Source: Octopus sinensis (lineage: Eukaryota). Taken from it: 64,000 nt of DNA. Below are positions 37,749-52,476 of this stretch, one piece after another (the first letter of the stretch is position 1; every line of letters begins with the position of its first letter). The notes under the pieces were generated by a model. That model was not told the DNA's origin. It did no database searches and saw only the letters and a list, made by a program, of their open reading frames with translations. Location: NCBI RefSeq assembly GCF_006345805.1, contig NC_043006.1, positions 83,514,001-83,578,000 of the forward strand, written 5' to 3'. Both the position numbers and the translations under genes were made by a program.

Positions 37749-40232
37749 ATATATACATTTGTGTGTATGTATATATATTGTAATCTTCCAATACTGAAAC
37801 ATGTGTAGTTCCGTCATAATTGATAGATTTAAGTGTTAACTTAAGTAGGAGATAATTATTGAAGTATATTATATACCCTGCTGATATACTGCTTATATCT
37901 TTTAAAGTATTATTTTGTGATGTGAAAATGGATAACATGAGTTTACTTTCAGATATACTCTTTAGGTTATTTTCTTTGTATTATCTGAAATAGAATACCT
38001 GCTTATCTATAAATCCCCCAAAACACTGAATTATTATTGACTTTTAAAGATACTTTGTATATTTCTAGATAAATATATGATAAAGAAGACATGTATGTAT
38101 ATATATAGATATGCATGTATGTATATAAGTCTGTATATATATGTATGTATATATATATGTATTTATGTATATATGTATGTATACATATATATTTATGTAT
38201 GTGTATGTATATTACAAATAACAGCAACCTATCTACAATTGTTTTCCCATATGAACAGGATTGTGTACGAGATCTATGAAAGTTCCTTTCTTACATTTAA
38301 ATTAAATTAAAGAAAAATATCTAAAATGCATTTGCAAACATAGAAGTTTGTGGGAGTTTTATCATTCTTCTTCTTCTTCTTCTTCTTCTTATTCTTATTC
38401 TTCTTCTTATTATTATTTATTATTATTATTATTATTATTACTATTATTCCAGTGCTAGTTTAGATGTTATTTAAAGCTGTTTCTGGCTTATGAATATACT
38501 TCTCTTTGTTGTGACTATGTTCTTTGTTATGACTTTCTATAACTATTAGTTAGTCATGCAGCTAGATATTTTTATGAGAAAAGGAGGAAAAACAGGGTAG
38601 CTGTAATGTCGATACCTTTCCGAACAAAAGTAAAATGGTTCCAGCTGGTGTTTGGCTGATGTGGAAATGATATTATTATATATTTTTAGGATTCACAGAT
38701 GACAAATTCAATAGGAAGGGTATCAGCTTACCATTCACAGAACCAGCAATTCTAATTTCGTTATTGACCCTCACCTGTGTCCAGGAACAAGATACTTATA
38801 TAACTGCCCACTAGCTATGTCTTTGAAAATGTCTGGCCTAATGGTTAGATTGTTTGTTGGGCTTTCATCATAAGGTTAGGGGTTCAATTCCTAGAACAGA
38901 CAGAGCATTGTGTCTTTGTAAAACAAAGGAAAGAAAGAAATGATATTTGGTTTTATTTGCTAATTAAACATTTTAATTAAACAATTTGCAGAACTAAACA
39001 TTAAACCAACACCACTATTTAAGCGATTCTAAAATTTATTACAAGGGAATACTACTATAATATAATATTTCCTAATACTACAATTATTAAAATGAAATGT
39101 TAGGGAAATTAAATAGATGCAGACACAGGAGTGGCTATATGGTAAGAAGCTTGCTTCCCAACCACATGGTTCCAGGTTCAATCCCACTGCGTAGCACCTT
39201 GTGACTGGATTTGGTAAACAGAAACTGAAAAAATCCCATCATATACACACACAAATGTGTGTGTGTGTCTGTTTATCACCCCACCATCACTTGACAACTG
39301 ATGCTAGTGTGTTTACATCCCTGTAACTTAGCAGTTCAGTAAAAGAGACTGATAAAATAAGTACTAGGCTTACGAAGAATAAGTCCTGGGGTTGATCTGC
39401 TTGACTAAAGGCGGTGCTCCAACATGGCCACAGTCAAATGACTGAAACAAATAAAAGAATAGTTTGTTTAGAAATATTAACTCAGAATCTATGGAGGTGA
39501 AATTTTATTGAAAGTAAGGGTTGTAGGGTTAATCATGTTATATTAGCTGTGGATAAAGGATATTTCTTCTGACTCATTACATTCTGAGTTCAAATACTGC
39601 CAACTTTGCCTTCCATCCTTGCAGGTTCAGTAAAATAAAGTACCATTTTTGAACACTAGGGTCAATATAATCGACTACCTTGGAATAGCTGACCATCTGC
39701 CAAAATTTGAAACCATTGTTGTTGTTTATTTATTTTTTCTTTTCTTTAAATCCCCTACTTCAAACAGTCATACGTCAAAATCAATGGGAGTGACCATCAT
39801 CATTATTATTAAGGCAGTGAGCTAGGAGAATCATTAGCATACTGGACAAAATGCTTAGCAGTGTTTTAACTTTGCCTTTCACCCTTTTGGTGGGGGGTCA
39901 CTAAAATAAGGACAAGTTGAGTACTAGGGTTGATATCATTGACTTATCCCCTCCCCACAAATTCCAGGTCTTGTGCCTATAGTAGAAAGGTTTATTGATA
40001 TTATTATTAAGGCAATAAGTTGACATATCATTAGCATGCTGGGCAAAATGCTTAGCGGCACTTCTTCCAACTTTACATTCTGAGTTCAAATTCCATTGCG
40101 GTCAACTTTCATCCTTTGCCTTTCATCCTTTCGGGGTCAATAAAATAAGTACAAGCAGTTACGCACTGGCGTCAATGTAATCGACTTAATCCCTTCCCCC
40201 AAATTTGAGGCCTTGTGCTTCTAGTAGAAAGG

Positions 40233-40270
<38 letters not shown>

Positions 40271-43200
40271 GTTTTGTGTGTGGTGAAGCATGTGACAGCA
40301 CAGATTTGCAAGTGAGAGTTGTCAACTGCCTCAACCAACCACTGATATTATATTAACTATATTAATACACAAAATTATTAGATTAACGTAAATTTCCTGT
40401 TTTTTTTTTTCTTTCTCAACACCTTTCTTCATACTCATTTAAGTGCCTGGTTAATCTGTCTACATGTTTGTCCTCTCTCTCATTCTGTCTGTCTCTCAGT
40501 TTCCATCTCTTCTTTCTTTACCCCTCTTTCCATTTTCCACATGTGGTTATGAAATTCGCAGCTACATACGCTGGTATACAGAATATTAATACTACTGTTA
40601 CATCTTTACAATGACATAATCAGCAGAGTAACCAATGTAAGCAAGTATCTAAAAATATACATCTGAAGAAATGGATGGCTGCAATGAGGAGGATAATGGT
40701 GATGATAATGTGGATTTTTCATATTTGCAAATTGAGGGATATTTGTGAGGAAAAGATTTAAAAAATTACATTAAAGGAAGTCAGAGGAACAAAACTAATT
40801 ACTATATATCATTTAATTCAGCACTCTGCCTTTACCTTCTTATAATAATATTTTCTAATGAAGATATTTTTTTAGGGGGAACAGAGGTCATTGTACTTCA
40901 CTGGTACTTTATTTTATCAGCTTTGGAAAGATGAAAAAATGCCAAGTCGCTCCTTGATGGGATTTACTTTCTGAACATCAAGAGCTATAACTAAATATTA
41001 AAAGGCATTTTGTCCATTGTTTTAACAATTCTGCCTACTCACTGCCTCACTGCTCTTGCTTTCGTCATCATCAGCAGCATTTTGTGACTAGTTTTTCCAT
41101 TCTTCATGGGTTAGGCAGGCTTTCTCCATTACAAGGTCTTGCCACTTGTTGTGGTCCTATGTAATTTCCGTCATTGAAGTTCAGTATCCTGAGATAAGCC
41201 TTCACTACTTCTTCCCATATTTTCCTCTTCTCCACACTCTTCCCACTTGGAATTCTCGCCACTTCACCCACCTGTCATTCTATTTATGCATCACATACCT
41301 TTCTGTACCATTATAATCTTCTCTCCAGCATTCTAACAGTTGATTCCTCTTATCTTCATTTTCTCTCAGTCCAGCTGTCTTCCATACTCTGTCATTCATG
41401 CATCGCTCAGAACATGCTCACTTATTTAATATCATTCCCACCTACACTTATCCTGTGCATTCAATGCCCATATTTCCTACCATGCTATATTAGAAAGCAT
41501 CCTACAATCTGCCCTTTATTCAGAGAGAGAACCCTTTTATTATCAGTAAAAGTATTCTTTTATCTGTTCCAGTCTAAAAAAAAACTCGCCATGCTGGAGC
41601 ACTGCCATTAACAGTAATAACAGTTCCCTAAACATTTTTCTACTATATCCTTACTCTGGCTACTATTCAAATTTCTTTTTTCAATTGCTTACTGAGAGGA
41701 GAAATGACAAAGTCTATGACCTTTTTTAAGTCCTCCAAAACTGAAGGAAGAATGAAGGAAGTTGTCATCAGACTGATGACCCGGTCTGAATGTTTAAGAC
41801 AATGGTTTCCACTAAAAGTCACTCAAGGACTAGATGGTGGCATTAAGCTAGGAGATACATTAAGTCTATGCTGTAAAGATAATAATAATAATAATAATAA
41901 TCCTTTCTACTATAGGCACAAGGCCTGAAATTTTGGAGGAGGGGGTAAGTTAATTACATCAACCCCAGGACTCAACTGGTACTTAATTTATCAACCCCAA
42001 AAGGATGAATAGTAAATTCGGCCTCTGTGGAATTTGAACTCAAGGCATAGCAACAAGTGAAATACCGCTAATCATTTCACCCAGCGTGCTATTATAGGCA
42101 CAAGGCTTCAAATTTTGGAGGAGGGGTCTAGTCAATTTGACCCTGAAGGATGAAAGGCAAAGTCCACCTCAGTGACATTTGAACTCGGAACATAAAGCTA
42201 GAAAGAATATTGCTAAGCATTTTGTCCACCATGTTAAGGAATCTGCCAAAATGAAATCCTTTCTATTATAGGCACAAGGCCTGAAATTTGGAGGCAGGGG
42301 CCTGGTCAATTACAGTGATCCCAGTGTTTCACAGATACTTAATTTATCGATCCCAAAAGGATGAAAGGCAAAGTAAACCTTTACAGAATTTGAACTCGGG
42401 ACCTACAGGCAGACAAAATATCACTAAGCTTCCACCTGGCATACTAATGACACTGCCAGCTCACCACCTTCATCATCATCATCATCATCGTTTAACGTCC
42501 GTTCTCCATGCTAGCATGGGTTGGACAGTTCGACCGGGGATCTGGGAAGCCAGAAGGCTGCACCAGGCTCCAGTCTGATCTGGCAGTGTTTCTACAGTTG
42601 GATGCCCTTCCTAATGCCAACCACTCCGTGAGTGTAGTGGGTGCTTTTTACGTGCCACCTGCACAGATGCCAGGTGAGGCTAGCAATGGCCACGATCGGA
42701 TTGGTGCATTTTACGTGCCACCGGCAGGGAAGCCAGTCGAGGCGGCACTGGCATCGGCCACAATTCGGATGGTGCTTTTTACGTGCCACCTTCATAATAA
42801 TGATAATTATGATGATGCTAATAATTTCATAATAGGTACAGGGGTGAAGTAGTTTAGTCAGTTATGTTGACCCAGTAATTGGCTGAGATATATTTTACTG
42901 ATCTCAGAAAGATGGAAAACAAGATTGACTCCAGAAAGTTTTAAACTCAAATCCTCAAGGAACCTAACAAAATAAAGTTTCTTGACACTTTACTAACTCC
43001 GTCACTTTACCAGCATCACTGACATGAACAAACATATTTCACAGAGTTGTTTGGTCATTGACTTCTACAGAAAGATGCCTACTTATTTATTTATTTATTT
43101 ATCTTATAATGTATATACTATTATAGAAAAAAAAGAAATAACTAAAATTGGAATGGGACTTTCTTAATATTTCCTCAATTCTCCGGTAGTTTTGCGGTCA

Positions 43201-43507
43201 CCACATTCTTCCTGGTAACAGTCGTAAATCCTTTTTATAGTAAGTGATCAAAAGCACTTCTCAATTCCCATGTATCTTCTTATGGTGCTGGAATGGGGGC
43301 GATTTGAGTAGGAGATTTTTGTCAAGTGTTTTCCGGCTATTTACCGGCTTCCCCTTTTTACAGACATTCCAGCATTAGTTAACTCAAAGTATATATACAC
43401 ATGCACTCATATATATGTACATGTGTGTGCATACACACACACACACACACACACATACACATACATACATATATATAGATATAAATATATATATATATTA
43501 TATATAT

Positions 43508-43572
<65 letters not shown>

Positions 43573-46427
43573 TAAGTATAATATAAACATTAGTTGTGGA
43601 GATTATTTGTGGGAAGCAGTCTTAGTTTCTATTCAGCAATTATGGTAGCCAATGTGCTAGAAGACCCTGACAGTTTTCTTTGTCAAGCTCCAGCTTACAA
43701 CATGTGTACTTGTTCTCTGTTTTTGCAGCATAGACTTGTAGTGAAAACTGCCCTGAAGCTACTATTAGTGTTTGTGGAATACTCTGAGCTGAACACCCAG
43801 CTACTCCTTCGAGCAATCAATAATGTGGACAGACAACGTGGTAAGTTTTTTTTTTTTTTTGAAATTTAGCATTTGTTTTATTACTTTTATTTATTTTATT
43901 TATTGGCAAGTGAGAACATATTTGAAGTTTTCTTTATCGTCAGTGGAACACACACACACCTGATTACCTTGAATTGTTTATTAGCTTGCAAAGCACTTCA
44001 CAATGGATTTGTGTTGCTGTTTTTCAAGTTGTCCAATATTTGGTCAAGATAAAAAGTTTAAAGAGAAAAAGGATAGAGTACTAGAGTTTACTATTTGTTA
44101 GCTGATATGATGTCAAATCACTTTCACCTGATAACAAGTGCTAATTAATAATTTATAATTATTATCATTATTATAAGTCAAATTGCATGGGATGATTACA
44201 GTATTTATTTATCTGTTGTTTGTTTGTAATGTTCTTTCCTATCATAGTTCGTTTTCAACTACATTGCACACATATCATCATTGTTTAATGTTTGCCTTCC
44301 ATGCTGGCATGGATCGAATGGTTTGATAAGAGCCAGCCAGTCACAAGCCTGCACCACACTTCTGTGTCTGTTTTGGCTTGGCTTTTTTCAGCTGGATGCC
44401 CTTCCTAACACCAACCACCCAGCAGAGTGGACTAAGTGCTTTTTATGTGGCACAAGCACATATATATATATATATATATATATGTACGCACATATGTGTG
44501 TGTGGATTTGTGTTTGTTCCCTACCACCATTTGACAATTGGTGTTGGTGTATCCCCATAACTCAGCAGTTTGGCAAAAGGAATTAATAGAATAATTACCA
44601 GACTTTACAAAAAATGTAATAAGTATTGGGATCAATTCATGCAACTAAAATTTTTCAAGGAGGTGCCCCAGTAGGGCTGTCAAGCAATGAATATAAGTTG
44701 TTTTTTTTTATTGACAACAATAAAAATGAGTCATAAATTATAAAATAGATGCTTCTAAATGATATTCATAAATTAATTCTTAACTGGCCCTCATGCCGGT
44801 GGCATGTAAAAGCACCCACTACACTTCCGGAGTGGTTGGCATAAGGGAGGGTATCCAGCTGTAGGAACTCTGCCAGATCAGATTGGAGCCTGGTGCAGCC
44901 ATCTGGTTCGCCAGTCCTCAGTCAAATCATCCAACCCATGCTAGCATGGAAAGCGGACGTTAAACGATGATGATGAATTCTTATTATATATGGAACAAAA
45001 GTTATAAGAATAAAAATGTTTTTTCTTATACTTTAAATTGCATAAAGACTTTATTATAATCTTGTGTACGTATGCACATCATGACAACGCACCAACACCC
45101 ACACATGTATAAATAGTGCCTGTTTGTACTTTAGTGCAAGAACACTAAGTACTCACTGTACATTTGTACCAGAAGTGTATTATTTTCTCACACTTAAAGG
45201 TTTCATGCAGGTGACTAACATCAGCTGTAAACATCAATAGGCCTGGAATTTTTTATGTATGAAGATTGTGACTTTACTAACACACTGTCATATATATTTG
45301 TGCAGGTGGATTTTAATGACAAATAAATATTACTTATTTATATAGTTAGCTATTAAGACTAAATCAAAAGTAATTAATGTAAGTCGTACAATGTAATATA
45401 ATAACTTTATAATAAATGTGAGAAGTGACATTCAAAATGAAATTACAAAAATGTACAAGAATTGTGATTTGTTAATAGAGATATTAATCTTGGCCATCTG
45501 TTTTAAGAACTCGTTTTAGCTCTTTCATTAGAGGAATTGTAGAACTTCTTCTTCAGTAACTAAGTAACTAAGACTGCTTCTTCAGTAACTAAAACATTCA
45601 ACCCTCTTGATACCAATCTGCCTGAGACCACTCTTGATTCTGTGTTATAAATTTACTGGTTTAAAGTGCTCTAAATCAAAACTTTCTGTCAAAATTTCAT
45701 GTTAATTTATGTTCCAAACACCAGCTTAATAGTGACAAATTCTTTCTAATCTTCAAAATCAATTGATTCAAAGGTAGTGTAGTATTTTGACAGAAATATG
45801 GTGACAGGACAGTTGAAAATATGTTTGATGTGATAGTCACTGTAAAGCCATTCTTTTAACTTTTACTAATGCCAAGAACTCAATAATTTGATATGTTGTG
45901 TGTGTGTGAATGTGTGTACATATATATGCATAAATAAATATATATATATATATAGTTTTATTGAATATAAAGGCTATTAGGTCAAGGCCTTCAGCCTTTG
46001 GTTGTTGACTTGAGGCTTTTTATTATACAGCGTGGGAAAAATGTACATCAGTCAATTTTTCCATAAATCTGTGAATCTTACAATGTGAAACCATTTTTCT
46101 CCACTTGTTTTCTTTATTTTTTCCTTAAGTTTTTTAGTTTTATTTCTGCTGTCCATTTGCTGTCACAGACTAAAATTTAATTTCTTTTTATTTATTTATT
46201 CTTATTTTTAGTTTATGTTTATCAAGACATTCTAAGTTTCTACAATGTTCCTTACATAATAAAGAAGCTATACTTAAAAATAATTATTCAAATTGACTCA
46301 CATTGTAATTAGCAGTTTGTATTGCAAATTGCTTTATAAACATTCACAGACTGTGGTAAAATGGTGAATCAAATAGAAATTTTATATAGGTTTAACACAT
46401 ATAATAATTGTTTAAGTCCCCTATCCC

Positions 46428-46468
<41 letters not shown>

Positions 46469-46487
46469 TTTTTTTTTATTATTATTA

Positions 46488-46521
<34 letters not shown>

Positions 46522-49500
46522 CATTATTAAGGTGGCAAGCTGGCAGAAACATTAGCATGCTTGGCAAAATGCTTAGCTGTATTTCATGTCTTCACATTCT
46601 GAATTCAAATGCCACCAGGATTGGGCTTTACCTTTCATCCTTTCAGAGTCAGTAAACTAAGTACCAGTTACACACTGGGGTTGATATAATTGACTGGTAC
46701 CCTCCCCCAAAATTTCAGGCCTTGTGCTTATAGTAGAAAGGATTATTATTGTTGTTGTTGTTGTTAAGGCAGCAAGCTGGAATCATTAGCATGCTGGATG
46801 AAATGCTTAGTGCTATTTCATCTGTCTTGACATTCTGAGTTCAAATTCCACCGATCAACTTTGTCTTTCATCCTTTCGGGCTCGATAAATTAAATACCAA
46901 TTGAGTGCTGGGTTCAATGTAATCAACTGGTCCCCTCCCCCAAAATTTCAGATCTTGTGCTTGTAGTAGAAAGGATTATTATTATTATTTATTTATTTAT
47001 TTATTATTATTATCATTATTATTAAGGTGGGGATCTGGCCGAATCATTAGCACACCTGGCAAATTACTTAGCAGCATTTCATCAATGTTCTGAGTTCAAA
47101 TTTTGCTGAAGTCAACTTTGCTTTTCATCCTTTCAGGATTAATGAAATAAGTACAAGTTGAGCACTAGGGTCAATGTAATTGAATGTACACCTCCCACAA
47201 ATTTTTCAGGCCTTGTGCCTATAACAGAAAGGGTTATTAAGGTAGTGAGCTGACTGAGACATTAACACACTGGGAAAATTGCTTAGCAACATTTTGTCTC
47301 TCGTCACGTTCTGAGTTCAAATTCTGCTGAGGTCGACTTTGCCTTTTATCCTTTTGGGGTCGATGAAATGAGTACCACTTGAACACTGGGGTCAATGTAA
47401 TTGACTTTTCCCCTTCCACCCAAACTTGAGGTCTTGTGCCTGTATATCTTCTTTTCTTTATAAGACTGATGTCCACACAAAAAGGTTGAAAATTTTCATG
47501 CTGTGAATGATCTATCAAAATAGAAAAGATATTAGATATAATTTATGTTAGTTTCTAAATAAATTTTTAATATTATTTAATATACAAAAAAACAAAAGCC
47601 TCTTTGAATATTAAGTATTGATATCTTTTTTAATAATATTGTTCATTAAAGTTCATTTATAAACGTCTAAAAACTTCTATTCTGTAATAGCTACCTTGGA
47701 AATAATTATTGCTATCATAGATGTTTATATTTTATTTATGTCTTACTCTTCTCTATGTTTAGGGGCGAAACCATGGACAAACGTCATGAATATTCTGGAT
47801 GAAAAAGGCGGGTCAGATTCTGAGCTTTTAAATTATGCTATGACCCTTATTAATAAGGTATGTGAACCAGACTTTTGATTTATGTTGCTCAGTTTGAGAG
47901 TTACTAATAGCTATCACATTTCATAGTTTGCTCAAGAGAAAACCTTGTTATAAATGGAAACAAAAGAAAAAAACTTACAAAACCAAAAATCTGTAATTAA
48001 TTGATTCCTACATAATTTCTATATTTAGTATTTATATATGTAAACTATTATATAAATGACAACTTCTTTTTCAATTTCTGTTATCATCAGTAAAATGTTA
48101 ATTTAAAATGTAACAACTGTAATCATCATCATCATCATCATCATTTAACATCTGCCTTCCATGCAGGCATGGGTGGAACAATATAATTGTAATCATAATT
48201 TTAGGAGCTAACATCTACTCTTTTATATATGTCTGCTCTGTCTTTAATGTATCTATGATCATCATTAGGTGTTTTATTCTCAGATATGTACATGGTACTG
48301 GGTTGAACTTGAAGAACTAAGAATCTTTATGCCTATAAACTAAGTAATGATATTTTTATAAGACCATTGACATATTTCTTAGTACTTTGTACACCTCCAG
48401 AAATAACATACCTGATGAGGATCAGAGGTCAAACTGATCAAAATGTAATGTAGATGTAAATATTACACTATGTAACGTAATTTTTATCTATCTATTTATT
48501 TAATTTATTTTGTCTTTGGTCAGTAAGAATTATTTCCTATTTGCTTCTGTCTAGAAATCAAAGGAAATGACTACTATTCCTTTCAAACTTTACTTTTGTG
48601 ACTTGGGCATCAATGAAGCTGACTTATTTTCCATTACATCTCAGACAGACTCAGTGCTGTGTTGCTGAAGCAGAAATATCATTATAGCAAATATTCTGCT
48701 CAATACCACAGATTTGCTTGTCAGTTATTTGACCATAACCTGTTGAGCATGTCCCTTAGTGGCTGATGATATATGCATCTCTGATCATGAGCAGAAGTAG
48801 TGGGGGAGCATCAAAGTCATGTGTTGAGAGGGATTCTTTGGGATTTGAATAACTGTAACAAAAGCATACTTTCTAAGGGTAAGCAAATAGGAAATAACAA
48901 TTGCTACCCAAGGACAAAAATTATGTTACACAGTGTTATTTAAAAAATTTTCCTCTCCACGAATGAAGGTTAATCATTTTCATCCATTTCATTTCCTCTT
49001 GTTTCACACTGGCATGAGTTGGGCAATATTCTGTGCCTGGATGCCCTTCTTGATGCCAAACATTACATACACACATCTACACACTTATCTACAAAACTGT
49101 TTTGTTTGCTTCTTTGTAGGTGTTATATGCCATTCCTGATCAAGATACATTCTATGATGTCAGTGATGCTCTGGAAGAACTTGGTATGGAACGTATCACG
49201 AAGAAGCACATGAGAAAGAAGGGAACTGATGAAGAACTGATGAAGCAATTTCAAAATTATGATGTAAGTTGTAGGATTGAAAGCTTTCACCTTGAAAATT
49301 GATAAAACATTCTAATTAGAGTTGATTTTTCAAAAATATTGTGTTTATGACATTATCAGATGTGTCCTTTCTTGTTTTCTAAGGAAGATAGTGTATAATG
49401 TGAGGCAGAATTTGCTGCTATTTTTAGCAGATTAAGTGACTATGTTTGCCTTTGATGATGAAATAGATAAAATTTAGCTACATTGTCTTAGTATTGAACC

Positions 49501-49671
49501 CAGGAATGTAGACTTCATTCACTGACTGCTTACTACCTGGGCTATGTTATTTGATGAATTGGACCCAATCAATGGAGAAAGCTTTGAACAACAATCTCAT
49601 AAATTGTTTTATAACTAAATAATTGTTTCATGTTACATATAACTGGAAATTAAAACCAAACACACATACGT

Positions 49672-49712
<41 letters not shown>

Positions 49713-50218
49713 ATTTATAGTGATAGTTTTTATTTATGCTTTATTTCATTGAACTTAACTTTCACAGATTGCTTTACGACATGAAGATGGCAATGATGGT
49801 TTTGAAATCAGTCAAATGGGAAGCCTTCGGTAAGTGAAGTGACTAGTGCATTTTTTTATTTTTTTTAAACACTTCATAAGCTTTTATAAAATCATGACTA
49901 AATTAAGAGTAATTTTAAATATTTTAACAAATGCATGCATCATCATCATTACTATCATTATCGTTTTGACATCCAATTTCCCGTGCTTGCTTGGACCAGA
50001 CTGGATTTGTTGAGGCAGATTTTATATGGAAGAATACCTTTCCTGTTTCCAAGCAAGACAATATTTCCCCTTTGTGGGACATGCTTCCATAAAATACTAA
50101 ACACAATGGACTCTTGTTTACAACTATTATGTGATGTCAAGACAAATAGACTCAAATACACATATTCATATACACATATATATATACATATATATATACA
50201 TATGTACATATATATACA

Positions 50219-50250
<32 letters not shown>

Positions 50251-52425
50251 CATATGTACAACAGGCTTCTTTTAGTTTCTGTCTACCAAATCCACTGACA
50301 ATGCTTTGGCTAGCCCAGAGTTATAGGTGGAGACATTAGCCCAAGATGCCATGCAGTGAAACTGAACCTAAAACCATGTGATTGAGAAACGAACTTCTTC
50401 ACCACACAGCCATACCAGCAGGAATTTCTATATATTCATTTACTTTGTGTTGGTTTCATTTATTCTTCAGTTTTAAACCATCAGTAATGAATAATTAATA
50501 ACGTACCTTTCTGAATTGAAAAATAAATTCTTAGGATTAATCAGTTTTGGAGGTTCAGAATAAAAGATTTTTGTTATTGATTAAACATTTAATGTTAACT
50601 TTGTGAAGTAACTAGAATAACTTCATTTCTTTCGAACGAGAATTTATATTCATTCTTTTACTGGTTCTAGCCATCAGGTTACAACCATGCTGTCACACAT
50701 CTTTAAAATTATTTAATTTCTTTTTCTTATAGATTAAGTTGTCTTTGCTGAATTAATTTTATATTGCTTTTTTTTTTTTCAATATGAATGTTTAGACTTG
50801 TGCCAAGAGTTCCATGTGAAGAAGAACGAAAGAGCCGCAGATATGCAAAATATAAGAGCCCAAGGTTTGCCCCACCTGAGTCTGCTTTGAGTAAAATGAA
50901 AGGTGCTGAAGAGTATAAGGAAAAGAAAATGAAAGAGATGCAGTAAGTATTTCAAATTTTGTTTCAACTACACATATATAAGGAGTACAAATGAAATATA
51001 CTCTGTTCTGAAGACTGCTCTGTAGATGTAATGTTTTCTTCAATTTTTTAAAGTATGATTAAATTGAATCTGGCACAGAACTAAAACAATAATGTTTATT
51101 ACTCAATATTAGATACAACCAATTTGTTTATGGCTTTTATTGAAGCATAAAAGAAATTTACTGCTGATTGTATAATGGTACTCTCTCGGGTAGTGAAGGT
51201 GTACGACTTACTGATTGGGGTATTCAGCTAACAATCATAAGGTTATGGGTTCAATGCCTGGTGATGTGTTGTGCCCTTGAGCAAGACACTTTATTTCACA
51301 TTGCTCCAGTCCACTCAGCTGGCAAAAATGAGTAGTACCTGTACTTCAAAGGGCCAGCCTTATCACACCCTGTGTCACGCTGAATCTTCCTGGGAACTAC
51401 GCTAAGGGTACACTTGTCAGTGGAGTGCTCAACCATTTGCATGTTAATTTCATGAGCAAGCTGTTCCATTGATTAGATCAGCTGGAACCCTCGTTGTCAT
51501 AACCGATGGAGTGTCAGTCTCTCAAGTCTGAGGGAAAGATGGTTCTGCAATTTCTTGCTGAACAAAGTGCAGAGATGATTTGTTTGTAGTTATTAAATGT
51601 TTGTGCTGCACATTAGGCCACTCCCTTCATCCAATCAGTGTCACCTTTACGCATGCATGGTGTGCCACATGTCAGATGGGAAAGTGATTGCAGAGCAACT
51701 CGAGATGAAGAACACAACACATTGCCAGGCCTCACAATCATGAATGCAACACCCTATCCATTAGGCCCCTTTCCATTACTGATTATATATAGCAGTAGTA
51801 AATGCCTGATGAAGAATTTCTCAAGAATACCCGGCTTCATACAATGAGATTATCTTGCTAAGATTCCTTACCATGACCAATAAATTCTCTGGGGTTTAGC
51901 TATAATAGAACCATTTTATTATCAAGCAAATTTGATTCTTGCAAGAAAAGATCAGATTTGAACCAATCATCTATGAATCAGGTGTCCATTTCAAAGCAAT
52001 GATATATCTATTGTTGTGATCATCATGATTTAACTTCTGTCTTCTGTGCTGGCTTGGGTTAAATGGTTCAACAGGATCCAATAAGTTAAAGCTCTGTGTC
52101 AACCTCCATTGTCTGCTTTGGCATGGTTTCTGTGATTAGATGTCCTACACAATGCTAACCATTTTACAGAGTGCACTGGATGCTTTTTATCATGATACCA
52201 GCACTCTCTTTACTCTTTTTACTCTTTTACTTGTTTCAGTCATTAGACTGCGGCCATGCTGGAGCACCGCCTTTAGTTGAGCAAATCGACCCCAGGACTT
52301 ATTCTTCGTAAGCCTAGTACTTATTGTATCGGTCACTTTTTGCCGAAGCGCTAAGTTATGGTAAACACACCAGCATCGGTTGTCAAGCGATGTTGGGGGA
52401 GACAAACACAGACACACAAACATAT

Positions 52426-52476
<51 letters not shown>

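Noticed and set aside
41762-41800. CTGATGA suggesting a hammerhead
   Set aside because: It is part of a local palindrome GTCATCAG-A-CTGATGAC, with no GAAA or stem I in register
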